A stretch of DNA of 64,000 nt, from positions 4,216,001 to 4,280,000 of the forward strand of contig CP089277.1 in NCBI GenBank assembly GCA_023920165.1. Reading direction: 5' to 3'. Origin of the DNA: Curvularia clavata. Lineage: Eukaryota. The position numbers were made by a program, and so were the translations under genes. This document shows positions 30,679 through 43,949 of this stretch, piece after piece (within the stretch, counting starts at the first letter, position 1; each line of letters starts with the position of its first letter). Under the pieces are notes generated by a model. That model saw nothing but the letters and a program-made list of their open reading frames with translations, searched no databases and had not been told where the DNA came from.

Positions 30679-32466
30679 TTACCTACTATCTGCTTCATCA
30701 ACTGGATAGAACAGCTCAAGCAGTGACATCTGGCGCAACGGTGCAGAAGCGGCGGTGCTTTCTGGCGTTGCTGGTGACTGTAACGTTCCAAAGCTCTCAT
30801 TGTCATCGTCGTTGTCCTCACTATCTGCAACCTCCTCTATCTCGTAACGGACTAACGGCATGTTCGATTCGATACCCAAGGCCTGCTTTTGACTAATAGG
30901 ACCACCAGCAATCCCATCCAGCCCTAGCCAACTTTTAAGCGCCTTACTCACCTCCACAAGGTCAGAACGCTCTCGCTTGACCACGTCAATAAAGACTCCC
31001 AATTCTCCCACGCGAAGAACGCGTTCAATCCATCGATTTGGAACCTCTTAATGTGGGATTAAGAGTAGACTGCCCCAGCCCAGGCCCTGTACTACCGAGT
31101 GCCAGCGCATGGCCTGCTTGAGTCGCGTGCGGAAGGTATCGTGCTGTTTCCTAGTTGGCTCTGGGTACACTAGCTTGATTAACGCCGTGATGGCTTCTGT
31201 GCGGACAGGCCCCTTGCCGTACCGGTTGCGTGTACGATCATTGCTCGAGATCCAGCCCTGCTGCCGGATCTGCCGGATCTTCTGCGTATAAGCCTCCCCT
31301 AGCAGAGCCAAAGCCCATCGAGAGCCAATGTAGACAGCAGCTAACTCTTGGCCATACACTTTGCACATATCCCATGCGAAGCTAAACGCGCTGTCAGGGC
31401 TGCTACCTTGGGATGCGCTAGCCACAAGCTCTTGCTGGAGGTGCGCATGGGATTGAAGGCTTCGAACTTCTGCTCTTGTTTGGAACGGGGTGCCCTGCTG
31501 CCGCCACGTTTGCAAGAATTGCGCTGCATTGCATTGGGCCGACGAGTTTCCAAGCGTGCGCGCCTTTTCTAATATCATACAGGCCGTGTGGTATGGCGTA
31601 GTAGACGCTGAATACAAGACAGCGGAGCCTGAGACAGTTTGCTTAATCATCCAGGCAATGATAGATTCATCTTCCTGTGCAATAGCGTTGTACGCTGCAA
31701 GTTCTTAGAGTGGCGCCTTAGGCCCTGGCGGTTTGAGGCCGATTTCCGTACGCGTCTTCTCCCGCAAGGCCGCCAGCTTCTTCTCACGCTGCTGTTCTGC
31801 TCGGCGGTTGTTTTTTGCAGTAGTTGTTACATAGCAAACAGGTTCCTTGTCTCCACCATCTTGGCCTCCATCAGCGACGCTAGAAGTAGGCGAGGGGTCA
31901 ACGCTAAGGCGAGAGCGCTTTGAAGATGCAGGTATATCTTCTATGTCGATCTGGACACGCTTTGGGGAGCGTGCGGGCGTTTCAGTTAGGTGTGTTCCCC
32001 TTAGTGCTCTCTGTGTAGACGGTGGCACCCACCCTGCGCCCTCAGTAATCGACTCGACCTCTTGTATGGGCGTCTCCTACACTACATCAGACGACATTGG
32101 CATTCTGTTTGTCACATCTTGCGCAGCGCAAACCAGGCTTTCCCAGCTTGCTTCTGGAAGCGCATCATCGCCCACTGTTTCACGCAGTAGCCATATAGCT
32201 GCCAGGAGAGAATGTGCGATAAATAATGGCTTGCCAACGCGAGAGTTCTGCTCGTCGGGGATAAGCCAGCCCGCGCAGTGCGGTGTTGTGGCTTTGTCTC
32301 CTTGTGCCCATGATAGTCGTGCGGTATAGGTAAACAAGCCTTTGTAGTTTTCGTTGGGTGGGTAGTAGCCATACTTACGTGCCATATAAGTGTCCATAGC
32401 GTTTGGAAAGCTCCGGTCTCCACCATCATGCTCTTCTGCGGCGGAGCATAGTTCGAGTGACCACAT
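30679..32466 (-). pseudogene. ~595-codon hypothetical protein divergently paired with the recombinase-helicase gene
   Basis: ORFs 32077-32466, 31705-32028, 31048-31650 and 30679-31011 share one frame and are separated only by TAG/TAA; protein-like C-terminal block RLKQAMRWHSVVQGLGWGSLLLIP. Confidence 0.75.
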
Positions 32467-32891
32467 TATGCAAGTATAATCGTGTATATCGTATATATCG
32501 TATAAAAGAAATGCTAATATTGTAACGAGAAAGGTGGGTATAGTGAAGCTTATCTATAAGAGAACGCGCACGGACGTCTCCCCTGACATACGGGCCCACG
32601 GTTCGCCAACTCAGATTATAGTTTCAGCTCTTACTGGGGTGATACGACATATATAGTTAGTAATGTGGTAGTCATGTGATATTGCTTATTGTACTAAAGG
32701 TTATTTCCCCTGACAAGGGCACATGTTCCTCAAGTCAGCTTATTGTCTTAGCCCTTGCGAGAGTGACGTATAGCCATGGTAGTGTGGTATAATATTTCTC
32801 ATTCATATCATCTAATAAGAGTGCGCGTATTCCCTCAAGTTCGGCCGCTTCCTTGAATCAGCCTAGTAAATATTGCGCTACACTAACAAAT

Positions 32892-35800
32892 ATGGATGTC
32901 TTTGCAGAAATCTTTAATCACCAACCCAGTTTCAAATTATTGTCTGCCAGTCATGCGCTATTGCTATTCCCCCCGGCCAGATTGCGACGCATCTTCAAAC
33001 GCGCCATCCTCAGGTATCAGTTGCTAACCGACGACTAGTCGCTGAAGCCGTACGTACGTTACCCAACTTAGCATGGACACCCGAAGCGCTACAGCTACCA
33101 GGAGAGGCAGGAAAGTTGATCCCAGTCCTCAAATATCGGCATGACGCATTTGTGTGTCAGGAAATAGACTGCCACTATACCTGTGTTGCGATAAAAAGTA
33201 TCATGACCCATTGTAGGAAAACTCATGGCTGGATCAACCACGTTAAGCGAGGCGGCGATACAAGGAAGAAGGCCCAGCAGCGCAGCCCGCGGCCCTAGGC
33301 TGAACAGCAGTCTTGCCAACCCCTATTCCGAGCATCCAGATGGCCTGCATATCTAGCTGTCAAAACCATGCCTCCTAGACGAGACACAGCGAATCTATAT
33401 CAGACTATCCTTGACAGGAAGCAGCGCCTACAAGCCGAACAAGACGCGATGGCAGCACAGAGCACGATTCAAGAGCCCACCGCCAGTAACCTAATCCATG
33501 GCTTGAGCTAATGGGTTAGCTTCCTCATCTAAAAGGCAGAGTGCGCGAGGATCTATTGCACGCTCGCCTTCCTCCTGGTGAGAAGTCTAGATATCTACCA
33601 CAGTCCAGCAGTTCACAAGATTCCGGTCTAATAGCTGCATGCAAGGCCCTGCGCAAAGCCATACGCAAGGTTTTTCGACTCTGTCGCAGTAGGGTTATAG
33701 GTCGACCTGCATTAGAGATTATCCAGCGACGAGAGACTGGGGCCGAAACCAATGAGAAACCACTTTATGTTAGCCACCAGGCGCGTACTATCAAGCTGTA
33801 TAGCGGTCACGTCATCAAGATCTTATGTTATATATGGAGAACATCGAACAACCCAGACTCGGCGCTATACAAGCTCCGCGATGAGCCGTCTCTCTTGCTT
33901 GACAAGATACGAACATCTACAGTAGCATCTACAGAGAACTCTGTCGTGTCCGAGGATCTCGAACGGCTTTGCGCGCAGTTTTGGACCAGTCTCTTACATC
34001 GTCCTCTCTCAGATGATGAGTATCAGAGCCCGCTTCTTAGTGGCGTGGCGGTTCTAGCGCTACGGGACGACCATCTTGGAGGGGGTTGGCACTCGGCTGC
34101 TAATTTCTCGCCCATTCTCTCTGCGCTTATCACGACCTCCAAGATGCTGTTCCTTTATGACACTTAGATCTGGTATGAACAAAAGTACTTGGTTCCAGGA
34201 GCTAGGGTGCTAGGCGAAGTCCCCGCCTTTCATACATATATAGGACGCGGCGCAGTAACCTTTATGTCGCTGTCAACCTTGAAGGACCATGCCACGCCTA
34301 TAAACCGCATGCTACGTCTCCGCACGCTTGCCAGAACCTTGGGCAAACACGCTGCTCCTGCTGGCCTTGTATCGTGGGATCGGGACAAGATCTTGATCAA
34401 CCGGCAAAGCTTTTCACTAGATCGTCTTCGATCCATGATTCAGGGATTGTGCGAAGCTGTGCGGCTCATGCTCCTGCGAGACGTTCTACTACTCAACGTT
34501 GACGAGACAGGCCGCATCCGCAAGGGCGGAGCTACGATACCCGAGCTATCTCTGGAAACGCTGACGGATAGGCCAGGTGAGCTGAGCGCTGGCTATAGTT
34601 TCCTCAAGGAGCCCGGGAATGCCTTTAGCGACTGGGAGCACTGGCTGTTAAAGCGCGTAACGGGCGAAGCTGTGCTGCGGGAGCGATTTTTTACTGGAGA
34701 AAATGGAGATCAGTGGTGCAGTGGTGGTGTAGCAGCGTACATGAAGCGCGTGCGAAGATCCAAAGAGGCTCTGTTCGTACTCGTACACCTTTCTGCGGGC
34801 GCACCTGCTCGAGGCACCGAGATTACTTCCATCTTATGTGAAAACGAGCAGAATAGTATGGGCTATCGCGGCATCTTCATAGAAACGGGTCTAGTTTCGT
34901 TTACCACTACTTACCACAAAGGGTATAGTTTTAGCAAGAAGATCAAGACGATCCATCGATATGTCGCCCGCGAAGTGAGCGAGCTTGTTGTATACTTTCT
35001 AGGACTGGGCCGACCTTTCTGCCTAGATCTACTAAGGATGCACTATAGCGTCAAGCAGCCGTCTACCTTTTGTGGGAGCCACCACTAGAGAAGCCCTAGG
35101 ACGATGAGAGTGAAGAGGAGGATCATGTTGACGATGACGACGACAACGAACTTACTCATCATGACAGCAGTTCGGCAAGTGGCGAAGAGAGTGAGTATGA
35201 GCGCCCGCGTCCGAGCCATGTCCCGCCGAAACCACGGCTAGCAAATGCAGAAGGCACTTGGGGTACGGACCGCATCCGCCGTGTGTTGCGTCAATACACA
35301 CATGACTATATAGACGCTAAGATTGGGACGCGGGAGTGGCGCCACGCTTACCCAGCCATCCATCGAGAGTTGGCTAAGGATGAGAAAGCCCGCGAGCATA
35401 TCGAAACCATTTACTACAACCAGAGTGATGGTAGCCAAGATGATGCCCAAGCGTTACAGTCAGGTCACACCCGACAGACAGAAGAGATGAACTATGGTCG
35501 CTCTACACTCGAGTCGCCGTTCCAAACCGAGGTGGAGCGAGAGCGTTTCCGTCGGGTGAGTATCGATTGGCATCGTATTGTTAGGTTCGCATCAGCCTGG
35601 GAGGGGTGGGATGAAGATGCCTGTGCGCTAGCGCCAATGCAGAAGAAGCAGAATCAGCGCTGGCACGCACTGAAGACTGCTGACCTTCACCAAGAGTTTC
35701 GTGAGCTCATGGGCCGGCCCGACGCAGTACTACGACCCCAACAGGAATAGAGCCTGGCCGCTATAGTCAACAGACGGCTCCGCGTGCTTGTAGTCATGGG

Positions 35801-37472
35801 TACAGGCTCGGGGAAGAGCACGCTCTTCATGCTACCAGCTGCCTTATCGCCAGGTGGTGTTACCATGGTCATTGCACCGCTTAATGCCATGCGGCAGGAC
35901 TTCCAAGATCTCTGTGACAGACTAGGCATTCGCTGTGCTATGTGGTGTGGGACAGACCCCCCCTACGATGCCAGCATCGTGCTTACCACACCCGAGAGCG
36001 TAGTGTCTTCGTCTTTTGGCCGCTTCTTGAACCAAAAGCGTATGTTATGTCAACTTGACCGGATAGTGATTGACGAGTGCCATGTGTTGCTCGAGTCAAC
36101 TGCAACTTGGCGTCCGGCGGTGCTGGAATTGTGTGATATGACTAAGAAGAATACCCAGGTCGTCTACTTGACCGCCACGCTGCCGCCGACGCTAGAACCT
36201 GCTTTCCTTCAGGCAGCTGAGCTACAAGGTCAGCCTCTTAAAGTTTGTCGTGACCCGCATACAGCCCGGACAAATATTGCTTACCAGGTCATAGACTACG
36301 AGAGCGCTACGCGGGATGAAACCCTAAAGCGCCTAGTAGCTACAAAGCAACAGGAGTTTGGCCCAGACGCGCAAATTATTGTGTACTGTCTAAGCGTGTC
36401 TTTGACAATGGAAATTGCCAACCTTCTCAGCTGCGCTGCCTACTACAGCGCCATGGGCACAGAAGAAGAGAAGGCGAATTGTGTACGTGCCTTTGCTGCT
36501 GGCATTGTAAAGCTATGCACTGCCATAAACATGCTTGGACTTGGGCTTCATGCGCCTGGGGTTCGTGTCGTCATTCACTTGAAGATGCCTTTGCTATTGC
36601 ATCACTATGTTAAAGAGAGTGGGCGAGCTGGCCGTACTGGCCTGCCCAGCGAGTCTATTGTGTTGCGGCAGTGCTGGCAAACGCCAGCGGGAGATACACG
36701 ACGTAGTCTTCCCTACAAGCTTGACGCTCCTAGTAAGGCTTTTCTAACTGGCGAGCAATGCCGCAGAATCGCTATTGACCAGCATATGGATGGGAGGCAA
36801 GATCGGGAGCATTGCAGTGTGGGGGAAGCGCGCTGTGATCTATGTACAGTGCATCCTCACGGTACCAAGCGCCGCACGCCCCCTGTATCTGACACAGAAG
36901 CAAGTGCGCTTGCACGAGCTGTCGAACGTCAGCAGCGAGAGATCGAGTGTCAATTGCAAAGTAGACGTGCAAACCGAAGGAAAATACTAGAGAACTTGCA
37001 GCAATACATCCAGAAATGGGCTAGCGTGTGTCCTATCTGTATGGCTGCGACTGGCATGGCTATCAGCTACAGGCCCGAAATATGCAAACGTGCCGATAGT
37101 ACTCTCTTTCGATAGAAAATGGCATGGCTTAGGGGTGTACGACTCGACCAGTTTGCATGCTGCTTTAATTGCTGGCTACCACAGTCCATTTGCAACGTAT
37201 GTGAGGAAACTAGCCAGTACGGCATGTTTCGAAAAAACGGTTTGCCGTGTCATTACCAGGGCGTAGTCAAAGAAGCAGTTGCGGCCCTTCTTCTTATGCA
37301 ATATGAAACGTGTCTTCACCAGCTTCAGTCGTGGCTTCGGGTGGGTCAGATTGAAGAAGAGAGTCTTGACAAGAGTTTGCTGGTTCTATTTGGGCGTAAG
37401 AAAATAAAAGGCCCCTGCGAGATGAATTATGCGTTCTATCTTGTCTGCAAGTGGACGAGAGGTGAGATCTAG
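32892..37472 (+). pseudogene. DUF3505-like Zn region plus tyrosine-recombinase-like domain plus RecQ (telomere-linked-helicase type) SF2 helicase, ~1500 codons
   Basis: N-terminal IVCQSC..HLQTRH, CQEIDC..HCRKTHGW and NPWLELMG*LPHL; APARGTE / YHKG / WRH / QSGH..Y; RecQ motifs MGTGSGKS, IDECH, LTATLP, ESGRAGR, CRR..CDLC; about 3 frameshifts and several TAG stops. Confidence 0.9.
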
Positions 37473-37861
37473 ATCAATAAAAACAAGTGATGTTGTGTAA
37501 ATAGAGATTGTTTACTGTAATCGATAGTGAATATGTGTCAAGTATGGCAAGTTGCTGCTACTCGCAGCAATGCATATTTATTTCTAACTACAATAGGTTG
37601 CAAAAGCTCTTTTCTTTGTACACTAATTAATATGTCTAGTACTTGTAGAGTCAAGACCAGCTGAGAGAGCGAAAATGCTCTATTTGGAGAACAAAACTAT
37701 CACATACACGGGACTGAGTACAGGGGGTCTCCAGACATAATGCCATTCAAATTGAGCTAACGGTAGAGAAAAGTCGACAAGGTTTGGCTGGGGAAACATA
37801 GCTTGGTTCCTTACAGCCACTATATATACCACATCTAACCGCGACCATCTTTCCACACATC

Positions 37862-40800
37862 CTAAGCCACCATTTGGTCCATCCCTTCGTCCGCTAATGC
37901 CCTGATATCCTTGACTGTTGCGCCCTTGACCCTATCTGCGAATCGATTCGTCGCCTTATTTTTCCTGGCTATTTTCGTCTCAATGTACGAGTCTTTGTGA
38001 ACGAGCCATTTGACTTCCACCCTGGGCTGCTGCTGGCCAATTCGGTACTGGCGATTGCCAGCTTGCACTGCGTCGTTGTTTTTTGGTGTTGGCTCTAGCA
38101 CGTGAAGGATGTTGCCCTCGACCAGTGTGATAGATTGACAGATCACCGTCAACGCTGCCACCATGATCCACACAGGGCCGCTTGTGTCTTGCCAACGTGG
38201 AACGGCGTCCCTTCGGTCGTTGGAGTTGGCAACCCCAACTACGTGCTTCTCCCCAAATTCCTGGACCAAGCGACACCATAGCAATGCACGTGGTACGCGC
38301 AAGCAACTTGCCACCACATATTTGCTTTGGTAGCAGACCTCCTCTCCCTAGGCATCGCGCATGGTGGTCTTCTGGCCCTTTATAGATCTAGCCTGCTCCA
38401 GGATGAGATCAATTTTAGCCGATTCCCAGCAGGCGTCCCTGGCGATATCCTACAGGAAGGAGTTGCAGAGAGTGTGCACTAATCGTATAGCAGAATAGAG
38501 GACTGTGTTGGCGCTACCAAGCGAGGAACCCCACTCACAGCCCTCCCCTACAATGCGCGGTTCGTCGGGGTGTTCATCTTGCCATGCCTGGATAGCTTTC
38601 AGTAGGTTTGGGAAACTGGCGAGAATGCGTGCGTTTACGTAGGCTCTTGGGTCGGCCCTGTCTAAGGCTGGTCGTAGAGGCTCCTCACCAGGACGGTTCT
38701 TTTCCTCCCACTCCCTTTTGGCCTCCTTCCACTTCTCCTCGACAGTTGCCTTTACCTGTTCTTCTACGTCGACCAGTTCTTGGTGGTACTCGTCCTCGAA
38801 CTGAACCTCTTCGTATCGAATATCGTGTGTAGCATTGATGAGTTTGAGGGTCTCACCCTATGGATCCTTCGTGCCATGGTCTCGCAAGATAAAGAAGCAG
38901 TTTAATATGTGAGCGAAAGTCTAGTTCATAATTTGGATCGCGGGCTTGCTCGCTATCGCATGCTCTATCTATTTCTTTCGCTTTGTGGCGGGCTGCTTCC
39001 ACGAGTTTTTAAAGATTATCTGTATGTCCTTCCAAGACTTGGAAAAGTTGGCTATTGAAATTTCGGCTAGACCCTTTACAGCCTTGTCCTTTGGTTTGGA
39101 GCGCTTTATGGCGTTGACTGCAAATGCTGTCGTCGTATCTATTCCATTGGCCAAAGCTGACCCTGTTATACCTATAACGCCAGGCCAGGCTTGTTTAGGG
39201 CGGCCAGTGCGAAACACATTGACGACCTCAGTGTAGGTAAGCGTATGCTCTGAGCCAGCAGCGTGTAGCTCATCGACCACAACCCAACCTACAAACGCCA
39301 AGTCACAGATCCTGTAACTTGACTTCGTCACCTTGCCAAGTGTGCGGATAGGTCGTCGGGCTTAAGTTGGCCCGGTACTATCAACCCAACAACTTCGGCT
39401 CTTATACTAAGCGTCAATCTGCTGCTGTATATTATCTCGAATAGGTTTTCTACCTTTCTCGTTGGTTTGGCTTTGGAGATATCTTTGCAGGTTCTTGTAC
39501 TTGTTGTCTGGAGTCCAGGTACAGGTAATGTAGTTTCTCCACGAGTTATTTGTAGAAACGATGACGTACTGGGTACTAGTTGGTGCAGGGCGGCTCGTAG
39601 TAGCTCCTGGGGACTCTGGCCAGTTGGAGGTTCCAGTGAACTCCCACTCTAATTCCTTGTGGGGCGGCTGTATCGGCTCGCGGCTGTTGTTCCAGTCTGG
39701 CTTGGGGAGGACTTCTGCCCAGTCCTGTTGTGTCATCGTCCAGTATATCCCGCTTGCATGTCCGCCAAACTCCTGCGCATATGTTTGGCCGTCCCCGTGT
39801 AGAATGACTAATTTGGGACGCCAATTTGCTGGGAACGGTAGCAAGGCCTTGCTACTTCCCATCATGCGCGACCAAGCTTGCGGCCAAGCCTTCAAGCCTC
39901 GGGGGCTGGCGGAGATGAAGGTTGCGCCTATTCGTGGCTTAATACTATTAACTTTTCCATCCTCCATAGGAGGAAAGTAAAGCTCTTCGAGGGTCGGGTT
40001 AGTGCTATGCGTCTTGACAACCGCATCGAAGTTGATCTTCCATGCCCTGAGACTCGTGTGCGTCTTGCCAAAACCGATTTCGTCAGCTAGGACACAGCCT
40101 CTTTTGCTACTAAATGCATCGATATGGGCTTCAGTAGCACCAACAATCTAATGCGGGTAAGCGCTGTACTCTGGCGACAGGCCCACGGCAGCTGGTAGAC
40201 GAACTCGGCACTGCTCTTGCGTTGGGCGAAGCGCGTTCAACTCCATGCCGAAGGTCCTAGCTGCGCGCTTGTAGATGTCAAGGTTTGTTCGCGCGGCAGA
40301 TGCCTTCGCGGTAATTGCGGTCCTAGACGAGAGGGCGTATTGTATGGCGTCTTCCTCGGCTCTAGCGTTGGCCTCTGCGTCCACCTCTAGCCCTTGGTCC
40401 TCCTCTGGTCCTTGGTCCTCCTCTAGGTCTCCATCTATGCCGAAGTCGGGGTTCGCAGGTGCTGAAGTAAGGGTTTCTCCACCAGTGTGACGGGTCGGGC
40501 TCTCAGACCGCCTGCCATCGACTGTAAGATCAATCGTCTCACGAGTGTGAGGCTTTTTGACAGGGGTCTATGGAGAGGACATGGCCTCGGGATTGGATGG
40601 CGTAGGGTTATGTAACGGCAGCAACGAAGACGTTTCCTTGCGCGACGGGTAACTTAGACCAAAAAGACTAAAAAGACCTACGGAGGCCGGTACCCTACGG
40701 CTAAATCTTGAGGTAGGCAACATGAATGGCTTGGGTAATCTTGAGGCTGGTTTTGAGGTTAACCTTACCTGCCGCCTTGACTTCTCTGGCGCGTGTTCGA

Positions 40801-41809
40801 CGTCGGAGCCTCCACCTCTTGTCGACTCGTCTTTAGTAGGTACATCACTAGAACGTCTACCTATTCTCGACTTTTATAGCGGGACTGCCTCGCTCTGCTA
40901 AGGCTTAGGGACTGGCGAGGTGGTGCAGAGTACCGTCGAGCCAGGCGGAAAATCTCTCATCGCCGTGTTGAGGAGGGCCTGGTGTGTGATCACGAAGTGC
41001 TGATTAGACCTTGGAGACAGATATACTCTTGTACTGAAAACAAACCCTAGATAGTCGACAAGACTCCTAGCTATACTGGCGAGTTTCTCCAATGAGACTA
41101 TTGAGCCAGTTGAGAGCTCCTCTATCCCAATCTCGGTGATGATGTCTTCGTCTTCAATGACCCCATGCTCTGGTAGCTGGGTGAAGCGGATTTAGGCAGG
41201 GCCAAGAAAGCGCGGGGTTATGGCTGGAGTAGGTAGAGGCAGAAAGCGTTGAAGACTTAAGGATCTAGACTTCTCCACCGACTCGCGGTATGAATCGCGG
41301 TATGGCCTTGACTCAATAGATGGGACAATCTGCAGGTCGTCATTCTCGTCGCTCTCGTACTTGATTTTCCTGACTGGGTGTCTTCTTGGTCGCTTTTTTG
41401 TCATTCGAGTCTTGTCGACGTCTTCGCTATCGCTGGCGCTGCCTTCGCGTCTCCGCTTGTCACCGCACGATTGACTCGACTGGTGAGTCTGCTTGGAGCG
41501 ATTGACAGCAGTCCGCGATTGTGTTATCATGTAGGTGATGGCGGATACTTTCTATAGGACTGGCGCATCGCAAAGCTCTGGGAACTTCTCGTACATACGC
41601 GCTATATGCTTCTGTTGTTTTACAATCCCGTCGGCGCCATGGTAGGTAACTCGGCGTGGGTTGACCTCAAGGAATGCGCGTTTTCGCCGTGCTTTGATTT
41701 TGGCTCGGGTGTTCTCATCCTCGATCCCAAATCCTTCAAAGAAGCTCTTCTCGGTTATATGCATATTATTGTAGTCGAAGTTTAGGACTGGGGGCCTTCG
41801 TCGCGCCAT
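37862..41809 (-). pseudogene. SNF2-family SF2 ATPase/helicase, ~1315 codons, no introns evident
   Basis: Seven minus-strand ORFs share one frame; manual translation gives YPH*IVG (Q motif), GCVLADEIGFGKT (~40060-40100), VVVDELH, GITGSALAN, QSITLVEGN and QAGNRQYRIGQ. Confidence 0.88.
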
Positions 41810-43949
41810 CTTGGAGAGGATTGGATATGGGTGCGTTCATGCGAGAATAAGACTAGACGAGTTGGAATATTGAATTCAATTAAAGTAGTGGGGTAGAATA
41901 GAAGTAAGCCGTCGTAAATAGCGTATAAAAGCTTGCACTGGTGAACAGTGACTGCAGTAAACAGTGAGCGACCAGTGAACACGGCGCACGTGCCACAAAC
42001 AGCAGTAAGTAGTGAATGGTGAGTGGCGAATAGTGAGTACTTACAGTAATTCACCGTATGCAGTATAGGTAGTCGCTGTCGCCAGTGTGTGGGAGGATAA
42101 GAAAAGATACGGGGTTCACCCAGCCCAGCCTACCTCGTGTAGGCCAGGACTCTCAGTAGAGGACGTTCAGACGAGCTTAGAGCAACAGCCAGGACCGAAA
42201 GGATACTGGGAGAAATACTGCCGTCCGTATAGATCCGCGCAAGCGAAGCGTTATTTGCTACTGATTGCAGCACATGACATCAGTTTGCAGCAAAAGGTTT
42301 ACAATAGAGAAAAATGACCGTGCTCCAATGGCGTTTGTCTATAGCCGGGTATCGAATGGCATTGCTTCTTGCTATAGCTCTAAGATCTCCAGATCCACGA
42401 GAGTAGCCGTCATGTCGGTGAGGTTTTGAGAAGCTTGAACCTCCGCCTGGTGCGTAGCAAGACCGAATATGCGCGGATCTGACCATTGAGCCTCACCTAA
42501 GCCCGCTATAGTTGTGGTGTGGGTATTTAGCGCCGTCTTCCAAACAGACTGCGACCGACTTCAGCCGTGTAATCAGAGCCGTCTTAGAATAAGTCGTAGT
42601 ATGCTTTAGGTGTGATTTGAGTTGTCTTCGGGGTAGGCTACGAGTCGCGTTGGGCGTGAAGTTAGAGCCGTTGTAAAGTGAGCTGTGACTTTGCAGCCTC
42701 ACGGTGATAGAAAGGCATGAGGCATAGTCTCTGCTCCAAGCAGACATGCGGTGGGACGTGGTCAAGAAGTGCGTGGTAGAGGCTAGTCGTTCTACCAGGG
42801 CCCACTTTTACCGTACTACAAACGCGTTAGCATGAGGGAATCGCCATCCTTACCCGTATACATACGAAGCGATAATAAAGCTCGACGTGCGCATAGTGCT
42901 TCCCAGCATGTCGCGCGCTGAGTAGTATTATACTTCACCTAGTCCTGACTTGCGGGTGCATGGTCTGCCAGGTCAGATAGCGCCAAGCCAAGCTGTCCGT
43001 GGCGCGAAGTCCCGACCTGAAGAGGTTAGGTGGAGCGCAACCTAGAATAGACCTGTATTGCAGATAGGGTTAGGTCGTGTAAGACTCACGCTCTTAGAGA
43101 AGATATATAGTTATCACTGTAAGAATAGATGTATCATATGCAAAGTTCCACATTACTTTACAACAGTGCATTGATCCCAAGCTACCTCCAAGAAAAGAAC
43201 AGCTCCCATGCCTATTCGCGCACAAAAGAAAAAAAAATACATATCCAGGCATAGGGAGCCTCCAGGCATACAAAAACCTCCGACGATCCATGTACTAGCC
43301 TAGTATTGGTCCTGTCCCAGCAAAGGGAACCCGGACATGCAACAGTGATACAGTAGATATGCAACAAGCGCCATTCTGATATCGGGACAAGAAAAGACAT
43401 TCATAGTCTTGCAGTTATGAAGAAGAATCCTGGAACGCGTATCGTCCTCATGTGAAGCAGCTTCACGGTAGCAGGATACTCAGGCTGGCCGTCGTAGATT
43501 GGAGGCCTTGTGCGTCCGTTGTATCGTTACGTCTTATTGCGGACTGGTGACGTTATACATATTAGAATAGAATCCGCCGCAAAATCTTTCAATGCGGTAT
43601 TCAACAACCCTTGATGGGTAATTACGAAGCGCTGGTTCTAGCGTGGGGAAAGAAAGAGTCGGCCAGTAAAAGAAGAGCCTTCACTGGTACCAAGGGTCGT
43701 AGCAATCTCAGCCAGCTAGTCCTACGAGACTACAGACTTGTTCAAAATGTCCACGGTATCAATTTCTGCAACGATGTCCTCGTCCGTGACAGCGCCATTT
43801 AGAGGGACTGCTGTAAAGCGTATCTTAGATGGTCCAGAGTAGCTTTAATTGTGAGTTGGTATAATAGGCCTCTAGGTCGGTTGAAGGCTTAGTGACTTCA
43901 TGCGTTAGATAGACTCGCGATGGGTATCCTCTGTGAGATCGATGATTCC

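Noticed and set aside
42087..43800. Short ORFs between the SNF2 gene and its paralogue
   Set aside because: No recognisable motifs. This may be decayed coding sequence but I cannot support a call.
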